64,000 nucleotides of DNA from NCBI GenBank assembly GCA_046754465.1, contig JBHHVU010000007.1, forward strand, positions 32,951-96,950, read 5' to 3'. The notes beneath the pieces are model-generated. The model ran no database searches, was not told where the DNA came from, and saw only the letters and a program-made list of their open reading frames with translations. The stretch comes from Nitrospinaceae bacterium (GTDB taxonomy: Bacteria > Nitrospinota > Nitrospinia > Nitrospinales > VA-1). Shown here one piece after another: positions 1 through 9,684 of the stretch. Within the stretch, counting starts at the first letter, position 1, and each line of letters starts with the position of its first letter. A program made the translations under genes and the position numbers.

Positions 1-18
1 AGATTGAATCGGGAACCT

Positions 19-216
19 TCAGTTTTCCTTGCGGCGGGGGATGACCCGGTAAACCCTGACGGAAGCGGGACAGGGGGCCAAGGGGGCGTGGGAATTCTTT
101 TTAGCCAAAAGGGGCGATATATGAAACCGGTGCCAGGACCGGAGGGTTAGGACAATGTAGCCGAGTCCTAGAACGAACATGATGGATGCGTAAATTAAAA
201 GAAGGGGAAACATCAT
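19..216 (-). CDS. Small putative membrane protein (65 aa)
   Basis: ATG at 216 preceded by AAGAGG; N-terminal hydrophobic helix (FPLLLIYASIMFVLGLGYIVLTL); sigma54-type promoter upstream on the same strand. Confidence 0.5.
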   Translation of the reverse strand: MMFPLLLIYASIMFVLGLGYIVLTLRSWHRFHISPLLAKKNSHAPLAPCPASVRVYRVIPRRKEN

Positions 217-387
217 AAAGCCTCTTAATGAACCAGGGCCGGGAACGGTTGCAAAAAAGCATCCCGCGTTCTCTTTTGAGTTCGCGGGGGTTGGAGAGCA
301 GACACCCCTTCCCACTCCCCCCCGGCCCGGCAAAAGATTCATCCCGCAACAGCCCTATCGCAATGTGTGGTATTTACCTATTGATAA

Positions 388-403
388 AGCAAATTATGTG
401 CCA
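388..403 (-). promoter_or_regulatory. Sigma54 (-24/-12) promoter
   Basis: Minus strand reads TGGCAC-ATAAT-TTGCT, matching TGGCAC-N5-TTGCW. Confidence 0.65.
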
Positions 404-868
404 AATGCCCACGAGACAAAATGACCGGCCAGGGGGCATATAACTTTAGATAAACAAAGGATTTCACACTTTGGCTGAAAAAACTCCCCTCTGCGTCGAT
501 AGGTGCCAAATTATTGAATTAATGGATTTTTGACGGTTTTCTTGCCAGGAAATTATCCGCTGAAGAGAAAAATCCCTGAAAAAATATGGTGAGCGCTCCT
601 TATTTGTGTTTCACTTAGGACCATATACATTTTACACCCGGAACCTTACGGTAAATCCTACCTCATTGGGGCAGTCCATGGTGTTGGGACTCATGGCTCC
701 CAAAGCCACCCGCTTGAGATACTAAAAGGAATTATTTGCCAATCAACCTGGAGGGGTGGGACCAAGGAAAATTGTCGAAAGGTCATGATTGACTGTTTAT
801 CCTTCACTTTTTTAACCGGCTTGCCTAAATTGCTTGGCGGCTAAAACTAATTGGAATGGATCGAAACA

Positions 869-2158
869 ATGAACTGGCGGGTATTCTGTCGTAAAGGTTT
901 TTTGAGTCTTATTTTGGGTGTTTGGGTCTTGGGTTTTTCCGGCCCAGCTTGGCCTCAGGATGAATTCGATTCCGGTTCGGGCCAGCAAGCCGCCCCAAGC
1001 CACGAGGATTTAAACCAAAAAATATTGTCTCTCTACCGTGAGAGCAAGTATTCCGAAGCCATCCCCCTGGCGCTGGATCTTTTGAGAAGCAGGGAAGAGA
1101 GGCTGGGTCCAGACCATCTCACTGTTGCCGTTTCTCTGCACAACCTGGCCAAGCTGTATAGCAAGTTAGGCGAATTCTCCGAGGCGGAACCCCTTTTTAA
1201 AAGGTCGTTGGAGATAAGAAGGAAACAATTGGGGGACGGCCATCCCCGCGTGGCCAATGCCTTGAACAGCCTGGGAGATTTGTACCGGAAGATGGGCCGT
1301 TACCAGGAAGCGGAATCCTATTATAAAAACGCTTTGGCTGTTTTGAAAAAGGCTTTGGGACCCGAGGACCCGATCGTCGCCAATACCCTCAATAATCTGG
1401 CGCTGGTGTATTATCAGATGGGGCAGTATGAAAATGTGGAGTCTTTATATCAAAAGTCCCTGGAAATCTATGAGAAAACCTTGGGGCCGGACGATCCCAA
1501 GGTCGCTAATTCCCTGAATAATCTTGCCGAATTTTATCGAAAAACAGGGGATCTTGACCAGGCGGAATCCTTTTATCTTGAGTCCTTGCATATCCGGGAA
1601 AGGGTGTTGGGCAAGAACGACCCGAAGGTGGCTTCTTCCCTGAACAATATCGCGGGTTTGTATATCAGCAAAAAAGATTACGCAAAAGCTGAGGTGTTGT
1701 ATCTGAAGGCGATAAAAATAAAAGAAAAGACGCTGGGACCGGACCATCTCAGTGTTGCTCAATCCCTGAACAATTTAGCGGAATTGTATCGAAAGATGGG
1801 GTTTTCGGAAAATGCGGAACCTCTCTTGCAACGGTCGCTGGTGATTAAGGAAATGTCCTTGGGGTTCGGGCATCCCTCGGTGGCGACCGCCCTCAATAAT
1901 CTCGCCGGATTGTATTCCTCCATGGGAAAGTATGCGAAAGCGGAACCCTTTTATACGCGGTCCCTGGTCATCTGGGAAAAAACCCTTGGCCCCAACCATC
2001 CCAATGTGAAAGTGGCGCTCAATAACCTCGCCATCCTTTACCGGAAATTGGGCGATCCTGAAAAAGCCGCGGAATTTCTTCGGCGGTTGAAAAAACTGAA
2101 GGAGAAAAAATCCGCCGTCTCCCGGGAAACCGCGCGGGGTATCAGCGCGGAAAAGTAA
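869..2158 (+). CDS. Secreted TPR protein with ~42-aa kinesin-light-chain-like (TPR_10/12) repeats
   Basis: Signal peptide, then repeated 'LGPDHPxVAxSLNNLAxLY...AEPLYxRSL' units. Confidence 0.9.
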   Translation: MNWRVFCRKGFLSLILGVWVLGFSGPAWPQDEFDSGSGQQAAPSHEDLNQKILSLYRESKYSEAIPLALDLLRSREERLGPDHLTVAVSLHNLAKLYSKLGEFSEAEPLFKRSLEIRRKQLGDGHPRVANALNSLGDLYRKMGRYQEAESYYKNALAVLKKALGPEDPIVANTLNNLALVYYQMGQYENVESLYQKSLEIYEKTLGPDDPKVANSLNNLAEFYRKTGDLDQAESFYLESLHIRERVLGKNDPKVASSLNNIAGLYISKKDYAKAEVLYLKAIKIKEKTLGPDHLSVAQSLNNLAELYRKMGFSENAEPLLQRSLVIKEMSLGFGHPSVATALNNLAGLYSSMGKYAKAEPFYTRSLVIWEKTLGPNHPNVKVALNNLAILYRKLGDPEKAAEFLRRLKKLKEKKSAVSRETARGISAEK

Positions 2159-2200
2159 ACCTCCGGGGCCTGCCCCGCCGGTAATCCCCAGATTCAAGGA

Positions 2201-2428
2201 TTACATTTTCAGCAGATCCTTGGTGAGCGAATCGATATCAAATTTTTTTTCGACCTTTATCGAAATTTTGTCTCCCACTCCCATTCCGGAATCCTGAAAA
2301 TCCGAAAGACCCAAAGTCAATTCCACGTGTTCCTCCGATTCAGAAAGCCAAATGGTGACGGCCCGAAATTGATGAGCCCGATTGGGGGGGCAGGTGACTT
2401 CAGTGATTTCTCCATCCAGGGTAATCAT
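2201..2428 (-). CDS. Small hypothetical protein (possibly OB-fold-like)
   Basis: 75-aa ORF with AGAGGA RBS-like sequence upstream and protein-like composition. Confidence 0.6.
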   Translation of the reverse strand: MITLDGEITEVTCPPNRAHQFRAVTIWLSESEEHVELTLGLSDFQDSGMGVGDKISIKVEKKFDIDSLTKDLLKM

Positions 2429-2758
2429 GACCGGGGGTCCTCTCTTTCCAACGGCAAGTTACGGTTAGTTTGGGGTTGGCTGAAAATTCCTGGAAGCGCC
2501 GCCATGGACATTCTATCCACCAGGAATTCCATGTGTGTATAGAAGTGGATGATAATTCAGAGGCGGGGATTCATTTTTCTTCGGACTCCCGCAGGTCCTG
2601 CGTCGGAATACCGCGGGTTTCATGGAAACCTGGCGAAATAAAGACCCAGCCCCTTGTGGAAATTCGATTGAGGAATAGAAAACAATCGGCAGGAAGATCC
2701 GGTAAAGGAAAAGACGTCCTTGAAGGAAACAGGAATAAACCCTCCATGGAAGAGAGGG

Positions 2759-3394
2759 TTATTTCAAATTCTGGACCAGCCAGATATGCGGTTTTTCCAA
2801 ATACGTATGGAACCAGAAAATGGCATTGATGTTGAAATGAACCAGCCAGGCGGCCTTGTCCCCTTCCTGACAGGTTTTTTTCTGGTACCTGTCAACGATG
2901 AACGAAACTTGATCGCAGGTGGTGGTGGTCCAGTAATAGTGTCCAATGCCGTCATCAAACATCGGATCGATCCAGGCCTTTTTACCACTGGCGTTAACGA
3001 TCCTTTTGTTGTAAACCAGGGTTTTCAGCTCCGCCAGCGTGGGAAGCCGCCATCCATCCCTGCCGGCCTCCTGGGCCGAACTCGCGGTTGCTTTGGCATC
3101 TTTCAGATTGATTTTGATGAGAATCCCTTTTTTGAGCCATAGCAATTTATTTACAGTATCCGTGACAGTTCCATCCCCATTGTCCACGAAATTGGGAGGT
3201 GGAAGGTCCTGGACGGTTTTCGCCGAAACTTTTTTGCATTCCGCCAGCAACGAGCCCGCATTAGGACATTTGTCCAAAATAGCAAAATGACCCAATTTCC
3301 CCAACATTGCGCAAACTTCTTCTTTAGTGCAATTGGCGAACAGAGAAAGTGGATTTGATAAAAGGATTGCTATTGCTAAAAGAAGGACACGCAT
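2759..3394 (-). CDS. Secreted DUF1566 (Lcl C-terminal) domain protein
   Basis: Signal peptide; 'FVDNGDGTVTDTVNKLLW', 'GWRLPTLAELKTL' and 'YYWTTT' motifs; GAGG RBS. Confidence 0.85.
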   Translation of the reverse strand: MRVLLLAIAILLSNPLSLFANCTKEEVCAMLGKLGHFAILDKCPNAGSLLAECKKVSAKTVQDLPPPNFVDNGDGTVTDTVNKLLWLKKGILIKINLKDAKATASSAQEAGRDGWRLPTLAELKTLVYNKRIVNASGKKAWIDPMFDDGIGHYYWTTTTCDQVSFIVDRYQKKTCQEGDKAAWLVHFNINAIFWFHTYLEKPHIWLVQNLK

Positions 3395-3605
3395 TTTATA
3401 CCTCCTCTAAAACGGATATTCGCCAATTGGATAATGATTCCAAAAAGAGTGATCTTCACAAATCCAGGAATTTTGCGGTCATGGGGGGTGGAATCTTTCA
3501 AAGCATACTATATTTTCTATTGGATAGAAATATTATTGTGGCACGAAATTATCCTCGCGGAGTGTTTCGCGTTCAATGAAGTACGAAAATAAGGGGGGAT
3601 GGGTT

Positions 3606-4595
3606 ATGAAAAAAATAGTGATTCGCCGGACCGGAAATCCCGCTGTCCTGGAAACGTTGAATGTGCCGGAACCGGTTCCGGGGGAAAATGAGGTCCTGGT
3701 CGGGCTCAAGGCGGTCGGACTCAACTGGTCGGAGGTCATGATCCGGCGGGGCGACTGGCCCATCCCCATTGCCAACGGGTTCACCCCGGGTTGCGAAGGG
3801 GCGGGGGTGGTGGAGCAGGCCGGGGCGGCCGTCGAGGATCTTCACCCAGGGGACCCGGTGATCGTATTGGATTTTCTCGCCTACCTGGTGGAGGGACAGG
3901 GATGCTATGCCGAGAAAATCATCGTGTCCCGGGACAAGATCCTGAAATTTCCCGCCAACCTGGATTTTACGGAAGCCGCGGCCACGCCGATGGCCGCCCT
4001 CACGGCCTTTGACGCCCTCATCAATCATTCCCCCTTGCCGGAATCTGGCACCATCGTTGTCACCGCCTGCACCGGCGCCGTGGGAATCGCCGCCCTCCAA
4101 ATCGCCAAAAGGAAAAATCTGAGGGTGATCGGCACCACCCGGTCCGAAAAGAAGAAATCCTTCGTCCAGTCCCTGGGGGTCGAAGCCGTGGCGGCTCCCG
4201 GGCCGGGGGCGTTGAAAGAAAAAGTCGCCGGTCTCGTCGGGGAAAGCGGCATCGATTATGTTTTCGATCCCGTGAACGGGGAAACGGCGTCCCAGCTCCT
4301 TTCCCTGATGAATTTCAACGGCACCTTTGTCGAATATGGCGCCCAGAGTGGCAACCAGTTCCAGGTTCCCCCGGAATTTCTTTTTCACCAGGTCCGGATT
4401 CACGGTTATGTCGTTCTCAGGAACCTTGAGAATCCTGCCACCCTGCAGTCCGTTTGGAACGAGGTGTTGCCGCTGATCGAAACCAGGGACCTTGCCATCC
4501 CGGTGGCAAAAACGTTTCCCCTTGCCCAGGCCTCCCAGGCGCACCAGGCCTTTGAGGATCACAAGCATTTCGGGAAACTGGTGCTGGTTCCGTGA
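3606..4595 (+). CDS. NADPH:quinone oxidoreductase (zeta-crystallin/MDR family)
   Basis: 'PGCEGAGVVE', 'TGAVGIAALQIAK' and C-terminal 'GKLVL' motifs. Confidence 0.88.
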   Translation: MKKIVIRRTGNPAVLETLNVPEPVPGENEVLVGLKAVGLNWSEVMIRRGDWPIPIANGFTPGCEGAGVVEQAGAAVEDLHPGDPVIVLDFLAYLVEGQGCYAEKIIVSRDKILKFPANLDFTEAAATPMAALTAFDALINHSPLPESGTIVVTACTGAVGIAALQIAKRKNLRVIGTTRSEKKKSFVQSLGVEAVAAPGPGALKEKVAGLVGESGIDYVFDPVNGETASQLLSLMNFNGTFVEYGAQSGNQFQVPPEFLFHQVRIHGYVVLRNLENPATLQSVWNEVLPLIETRDLAIPVAKTFPLAQASQAHQAFEDHKHFGKLVLVP

Positions 4596-4649
4596 TAGAG
4601 AATCGGGGTTTTACGGGACGCGTTATTTTTGAGGCGGGGGGACCGCCGG

Positions 4650-5480
4650 TCAGGCTTTTCCAAAAGCCGCTTGGTCCAGGGCAACCAAGGCTTCCAGGGC
4701 GGTCATGGATAAAAAATATTTGGTGCGGACGATGGAATTGGCGGAGGGGTCCAGGTTGATGTTGATCACTTTCGCCCCCTGCTCCATGAGGCGCAGGGCG
4801 ATATAATCGTTGGTGGGAACGGCGCCGGAACTTCCCACCAGGACCGCCGCGTCCACCGGTTCCCTTAAGAACGCATCGAAATTTTTTTCCTGCTCGGGGT
4901 GCCCCGTGTATTCCCAATCGCCGAACATCAGAATATGCGGCCGGGCAACCGTCCCGCATCGTGGACAATGCGGGTACCGCGAAGCTTTCATGGTTTCGGC
5001 GTCCAGTTCGCAAAGGGGAACCGCATCCTCCTTCCAGAATTCCTGAGTGCACCCGTCCAGGCACTGCAATCGCCACATGGAGCCGTGAATTTCCATGATT
5101 CGTTCCGGGGGGCATCCGGAACGCAGGTGATACCCGTCGGTGTTGGTCGTGTGGATGAAGGCCTCGCCGAACCTCTGCGTCATCCACCGGTTGATGATGT
5201 GGTAGCCCTCGTGAGGCTGATTTTCCCAGGCGTTCCGGCGGCGCCATTCATAAAACGCCCATGCGTGTGGGAGCTCATTGCGAAACGCCCAGGGGCTGGC
5301 CAGGTCCTGCGCCTCGAGGTTTTTTTTTCGGAACGGTGGGAAATTTCTCCAATACCCGTCCTTGTCGCGAAAGGTGGGGATGTTGGAGTCCGCGCTCATC
5401 CCGGCGCTGGTGAGAAATATCACCCGCCGGGATTCATCAAGTATGCGGGCGGATTGACCGAGGGTGTCAGGATTCTCCAT
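4650..5480 (-). CDS. Sir2-family NAD-dependent protein deacylase
   Basis: 'SAGMSADSNIPTFR', 'EIHGS..LQC', 'CPRCG..ARPHILMF' and 'VGSSGAV' motifs. Confidence 0.88.
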   Translation of the reverse strand: MENPDTLGQSARILDESRRVIFLTSAGMSADSNIPTFRDKDGYWRNFPPFRKKNLEAQDLASPWAFRNELPHAWAFYEWRRRNAWENQPHEGYHIINRWMTQRFGEAFIHTTNTDGYHLRSGCPPERIMEIHGSMWRLQCLDGCTQEFWKEDAVPLCELDAETMKASRYPHCPRCGTVARPHILMFGDWEYTGHPEQEKNFDAFLREPVDAAVLVGSSGAVPTNDYIALRLMEQGAKVININLDPSANSIVRTKYFLSMTALEALVALDQAAFGKA

Positions 5481-6123
5481 TCCATTCCCTGAAAAATTGG
5501 TGCAGGTAGTGTTCCATGAACCGGTGCCGCTCCGCGGCCATTCTTTTGCCCGCCCGCGTATTCATCCGGTCCTTCAGCAACAGCAACTTTTCATAAAAGT
5601 GATTGATGGTATGGCCCCGGTTATTCTTGTATTCCTCGAAACTTTGGTGCATCTCTGGTTTCTGGTCCGGATGATACATGAGCCGGTTCTTATGTCCCCC
5701 ATACGCGAAGGCCCGGGCGATTCCCAAAGCCCCGATGGCGTCCAACCGGTCCGCGTCTTGAACCACCTCGCCCTCCAGGGTGTGCATGGGGGTGCTCACT
5801 CCCGCCCCCTTGAACGAAAGAGTAGCGATGATTTCACAGACCCGGTCCGTCGTGTCCGGAGGGGTTCCGATTTGTTTCAGCCACTGCCGGGCCTGCCGGG
5901 GTCCTGCCGTCTCGTCCCCATCGTGGAACTTCCAATCCGCAATGTCGTGGAGAAGGGCGGCCAGTTCCACGATGGTTCCATCGGCCTTTTCGATTTCAGC
6001 CAGTTTCCTGGCCGTCCGCCATACCCGGAAGACATGCCACCAGTCGTGGCCTGAACCTTCGTCGGAAAGGACGGATTCCACATGGGCCCTGGTTTTTTCT
6101 ATGATCCCGTTTTTTGAAGTCAT
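5467..6123 (-). CDS. HD-domain metal-dependent phosphohydrolase
   Basis: 'GHDWWHVFRV', 'AALLHDIAD' and 'VQDADRLDAIGA' motifs. Confidence 0.9.
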   Translation of the reverse strand: MTSKNGIIEKTRAHVESVLSDEGSGHDWWHVFRVWRTARKLAEIEKADGTIVELAALLHDIADWKFHDGDETAGPRQARQWLKQIGTPPDTTDRVCEIIATLSFKGAGVSTPMHTLEGEVVQDADRLDAIGALGIARAFAYGGHKNRLMYHPDQKPEMHQSFEEYKNNRGHTINHFYEKLLLLKDRMNTRAGKRMAAERHRFMEHYLHQFFREWNGES

Positions 6124-6298
6124 ATAATCGAGTCGTACGGTTATTTAAGAGGACCTCTAATAATTCGATATTTTTTTTCCAGGCAACTCGCCGGCCCTTA
6201 TTCTATAAGGGCCGTTCATGGCCCCAAGCAATTTTTAGAGGCGCCCTTAATTTAAAGGGCAGTTTATCATACAGGACCGGGTTTAAGGGAAATCCTAT

Positions 6299-7027
6299 AT
6301 GAACGAAAAATCTATTTTCACACAACTCCTGGCCGGAGGATTCACCCCCGGAGATTCGATGTTGCACCGGCTTTCCCCGGGCAAAAAAATCAGCCTCGCC
6401 CTGTTAATGGTTTGCATCCTGGGGTTGGGGCATTGGCCGGGAATCGCGGCGGTGGCCGCCGTTTGCCTGTTGGGTCTGATAGGGTCCGGTCTTCGGCCGG
6501 GAGGGGTATTCCGACGGTTCCGGTTTTTCCTGGGATTCCTGATCGCCGTCGGCGTTTTCCCCGTTCTTTTCACGCCCGGATCGGGGGCGGAACCGCACTC
6601 CGGGTTTCCCCTGTCCGTCACTTGGGAGGGGTTGGAAGCCGGAGCCCTGGCCACCTGCCGGTTGACGTTGATGTTCCTCGTCTCCATGATTTTGATGCAT
6701 ACGACTGCCCCCGGGGATTTGATCCGGCCGATGGAGGAAATCGGGGGGAGGTTTTCCCAATCCAGAGGGCCGATCGGGGAAATCATCACCGTGGGAGTCC
6801 TGGCCTTTCAGCTTTTACCCATTATTTGCGTGGAGACGGAGAGATGGTTCCATGCCCGGATCGGGAAAGAAACGATAAAAGGGAACCTTTTTAGGAAAGC
6901 GGGGCAGGTGGGCCGGCTTCTCCTGCCCCTGACGGTATCGGTTCTCAACGATGCAGAACGATTTTCAAGACAACTGAAAATTCCACCTTCCCGCGAGGGG
7001 ACGGGCGGCCCGGCGCGGCCCAATTGA
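6299..7027 (+). CDS. ECF transporter transmembrane T component (CbiQ/EcfT family)
   Basis: 'GDSMLHRLSPGKK' start, several TM helices, 'TTAPGDL' motif. Confidence 0.75.
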   Translation: MNEKSIFTQLLAGGFTPGDSMLHRLSPGKKISLALLMVCILGLGHWPGIAAVAAVCLLGLIGSGLRPGGVFRRFRFFLGFLIAVGVFPVLFTPGSGAEPHSGFPLSVTWEGLEAGALATCRLTLMFLVSMILMHTTAPGDLIRPMEEIGGRFSQSRGPIGEIITVGVLAFQLLPIICVETERWFHARIGKETIKGNLFRKAGQVGRLLLPLTVSVLNDAERFSRQLKIPPSREGTGGPARPN

Positions 7028-7066
7028 TTCACTATCGTTCCGGGTGGAATTTTCCGGTTTCGTCTT

Positions 7067-7756
7067 TTATCTGGGGCGGTGCAGGCCGCACTCCTTATGT
7101 TCCGGGTTTTCCCACCACCACCGTCCAGCCCGTATGTCCTCACCGGGGAGGATGGGCCGGGTACAGGGGGCGCATCCGATACTGGGAAAATTCTTTTTAT
7201 GCAGGGGATTGATGGGGACCGAATTTTTTTCGATATAATCTTCCACCTGGGCGATTGACCAATCGGCCAGCGGGTTGATCTTGATCAGGGGAGGGTGGTC
7301 CGGGTCTTCCCCCACTTTTGGGGTTTGTGTCCGCGTGATGCCCTGGTCCCGGCGCAGGCCGGTGACCCAGGCGTCGAGGCCGGCCAGGGCGCGATTGAGG
7401 GGTTCGACCTTGCGGATGGTGCAACACTCCTTCCGGTTCTCCACACTCTCTCGAAAGGAGTGGAATCCTTTTTCTAAAACGAGACGTTCCACACTTTCCC
7501 GATTTGGGAAATAGGTCTGGATTCTTAAATTATATTTGCTGCGTGCCCGATCCATGGTTTCATAGGTTTCTTCATGGAGCCGGCCCGTATCCAGGGTGAA
7601 TAGGGTTATTTCGCCCTCCATTTTGGATATCATGTCTATGAGCACCATATCTTCCATCCCGAAACTGGATGCCAGGCCCGCTTTGGTTCCGTAACGGTTC
7701 ACAGTCCATTCCAGGATTTCTTTCGCCGATTTGGTTTCCATATCTTGTAAATTCAT
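7067..7756 (-). CDS. cysH: Adenylyl-/phosphoadenylyl-sulfate reductase, Fe-S (APS reductase) type
   Basis: 'LDTGRLHEETY', 'CCTIRKVEPL', 'SIGCAPCT', 'RAGRWWWE' and 'ECGLH'; the CC and CxxC motifs indicate the [4Fe-4S] type. Confidence 0.93.
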   Translation of the reverse strand: MNLQDMETKSAKEILEWTVNRYGTKAGLASSFGMEDMVLIDMISKMEGEITLFTLDTGRLHEETYETMDRARSKYNLRIQTYFPNRESVERLVLEKGFHSFRESVENRKECCTIRKVEPLNRALAGLDAWVTGLRRDQGITRTQTPKVGEDPDHPPLIKINPLADWSIAQVEDYIEKNSVPINPLHKKNFPSIGCAPCTRPILPGEDIRAGRWWWENPEHKECGLHRPR

Positions 7757-7901
7757 GATAAAAAAATGATACCGCCTTTGTTCCCGATTTCCTGGAAATG
7801 ACTCGTCCGGTAAAACGGGAGGAAGGTGATTCAGCCCGGAAATCGCCGCGCTTGAGAAAAGGCTAAATTACCAGAAACAAGGCGTTAGCCAGATTTTTTC
7901 C

Positions 7902-7930
7902 TTGACAGAAAAGAGGATTCTGTATATTAA
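7902..7930 (+). promoter_or_regulatory. Putative sigma70 promoter for the degP-like gene
   Basis: TTGACA at 7902 with an AT-rich TATATT/TATTAA 15-17 bp downstream. Confidence 0.4.
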
Positions 7931-8113
7931 AAATTATCTTCCCTGCCGGATAGTTCCTTAATCTTTCATGATCTGGTTGAGAAATCAAGCGAATTACCTC
8001 TTGGGACATGGTTTCGGATTAACTTTATCAAGTCCTGGAGCAATGACCTTGAATTATTAAAATAACTGATTTGTTATTTCCGAAGGCCTCTGCCTGCTCC
8101 AGGCGCTCAGAAA

Positions 8114-9472
8114 ATGAAAAGTCCATCAGCCCTCAAACCATTTGCCGTTCTGGTTTCCATCACCCTGTTGCTGGTCCTGGTTCCCGCAACTTCACCAGCC
8201 GCTCCCCGGGGATTGAGTCTTCTTGAAGGTTTTGAAAAGGCCATGATCTCCCTGGCGGACAAAGTTCGTCCCGCGGTGGTGAGCCTTTCCCCCTATGTTC
8301 CGCCATCGCCTTCCGTGGCCACCAAAAATCCGCTCAGCCGGGGAAGGCCCACCAATGCCGGTGCGGGGGTGATCATCAATGCGGCCAAGGGGCTCATTGT
8401 GACCAACAGCCACGTGGTGAGAAATGCCGAAAAAATCCAGGTGACGCTTCTCGGGGGAGATAAGATGGTGGGCAGGGTTTTGGGAACGGATGATGACACC
8501 GACCTGGCGGTGGTTCAGGTCGAAGCGGAGCATCCCCTGGCCTCGGTCCAGTTTGCCGATTCGAGCCAAGTCAAGGTGGGGCAGATTGTCGTGGCGGTGG
8601 GCAATCCCTACGGATTGAACAATACCTTGACCTTTGGAGTGGTCAGTGGCTTGAACCGGGAAAACGTCAACCTTTCCCGATATGAGGATTTCATTCAAAC
8701 CGATGCTTCCATCAACCCCGGCAACAGCGGGGGGCCCTTGATCAACATTCGGGGGGAGTTGGTGGGAATCAATACCGCGATTATCAATTACGCGCAAAGC
8801 ATCGGTTTTGCCATTCCCTCCAACATCGTGAAACGGGTTTCATCCCAATTGGTTGAATTTGGAGAGGTGCGGCGGGGCTGGCTGGGAGTCGGGATTGAAC
8901 CCGTGACGCCCGAAGTCGCTTCCCATTCCGATATCAAGGAAGGGCGGGGGGTGTTGGTCAATGCCGTGTTTGAGGGGGACCCCGCGCATGTGGCAGGCCT
9001 GAAAGTGGGCGACATCATTTTGAAAATCGGCGGCGCCCCGGTCGACTCTCCCAGTCGGATGATTAAAATGATTGGAGGCATTTCGCCCGGACAGATCGTC
9101 CACCTGAATATTCTCAGGGACGGGAAGTCCAAGGTGATTCCCGTCAAATTGATCCGGCAGACCAAGAACCGGAAGGCCAGGATCTCCGCTCCCATCGAGA
9201 TCAAGACTCCATTGGGGATTTCCGTTGAAGCCGTCGGGGAAAAATTTTCCGGCAAGGGTGGTGTGATTATTACCCAAGTCGATCCCGCGTCCCTCGCCGC
9301 GGAAAAAGGTCTCCAGGAAGGGGACCGGATTCTCGCGGTCAATGGCCAAAGTATATCGAGCCGCGATCGGTATGAGGATGTTATTAAGAAGGTTCCTACG
9401 GGAGGCTCCGTTTTTCTGTTATTGTCCAGGGATGGGAAAAAATTCCATTTAGCACTTGTACGGGAAAATTAA
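8114..9472 (+). CDS. Do/DegP/DegQ-family periplasmic serine protease with two PDZ domains
   Basis: 'VTNSHVV', 'DLAVV' and 'QTDASINPGNSGGPL' triad motifs; two PDZ-like regions; signal peptide. Confidence 0.95.
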   Translation: MKSPSALKPFAVLVSITLLLVLVPATSPAAPRGLSLLEGFEKAMISLADKVRPAVVSLSPYVPPSPSVATKNPLSRGRPTNAGAGVIINAAKGLIVTNSHVVRNAEKIQVTLLGGDKMVGRVLGTDDDTDLAVVQVEAEHPLASVQFADSSQVKVGQIVVAVGNPYGLNNTLTFGVVSGLNRENVNLSRYEDFIQTDASINPGNSGGPLINIRGELVGINTAIINYAQSIGFAIPSNIVKRVSSQLVEFGEVRRGWLGVGIEPVTPEVASHSDIKEGRGVLVNAVFEGDPAHVAGLKVGDIILKIGGAPVDSPSRMIKMIGGISPGQIVHLNILRDGKSKVIPVKLIRQTKNRKARISAPIEIKTPLGISVEAVGEKFSGKGGVIITQVDPASLAAEKGLQEGDRILAVNGQSISSRDRYEDVIKKVPTGGSVFLLLSRDGKKFHLALVREN

Positions 9473-9684
9473 AATGTGATAAAGTTTCCGGTCCATTCGG
9501 TGGCGAATGAATGGTAAATTTGGAGGCAATTTTTCATAAGTGATTATTTTTGTGTTAATTAGATAGCATAGGTCCGTTGCTGGGGAGGTGACGGATGGTT
9601 TGATAAATTCCGTGTGGTTTTTGTTTTTTAAAGGGTTTTTTTTACAAGCTCTTGGAGGTAAGAGCATAATAGGGAGGATCAGAA

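Noticed and set aside
869..2158. Periodic DNA similarity suggesting a CRISPR-like array
   Set aside because: Explained by 42-aa TPR coding repeats; no identical repeats with spacers and no cas genes.
3539..3555. TGGCACG as a sigma54 promoter for the quinone reductase
   Set aside because: No TTGC at the -12 position.
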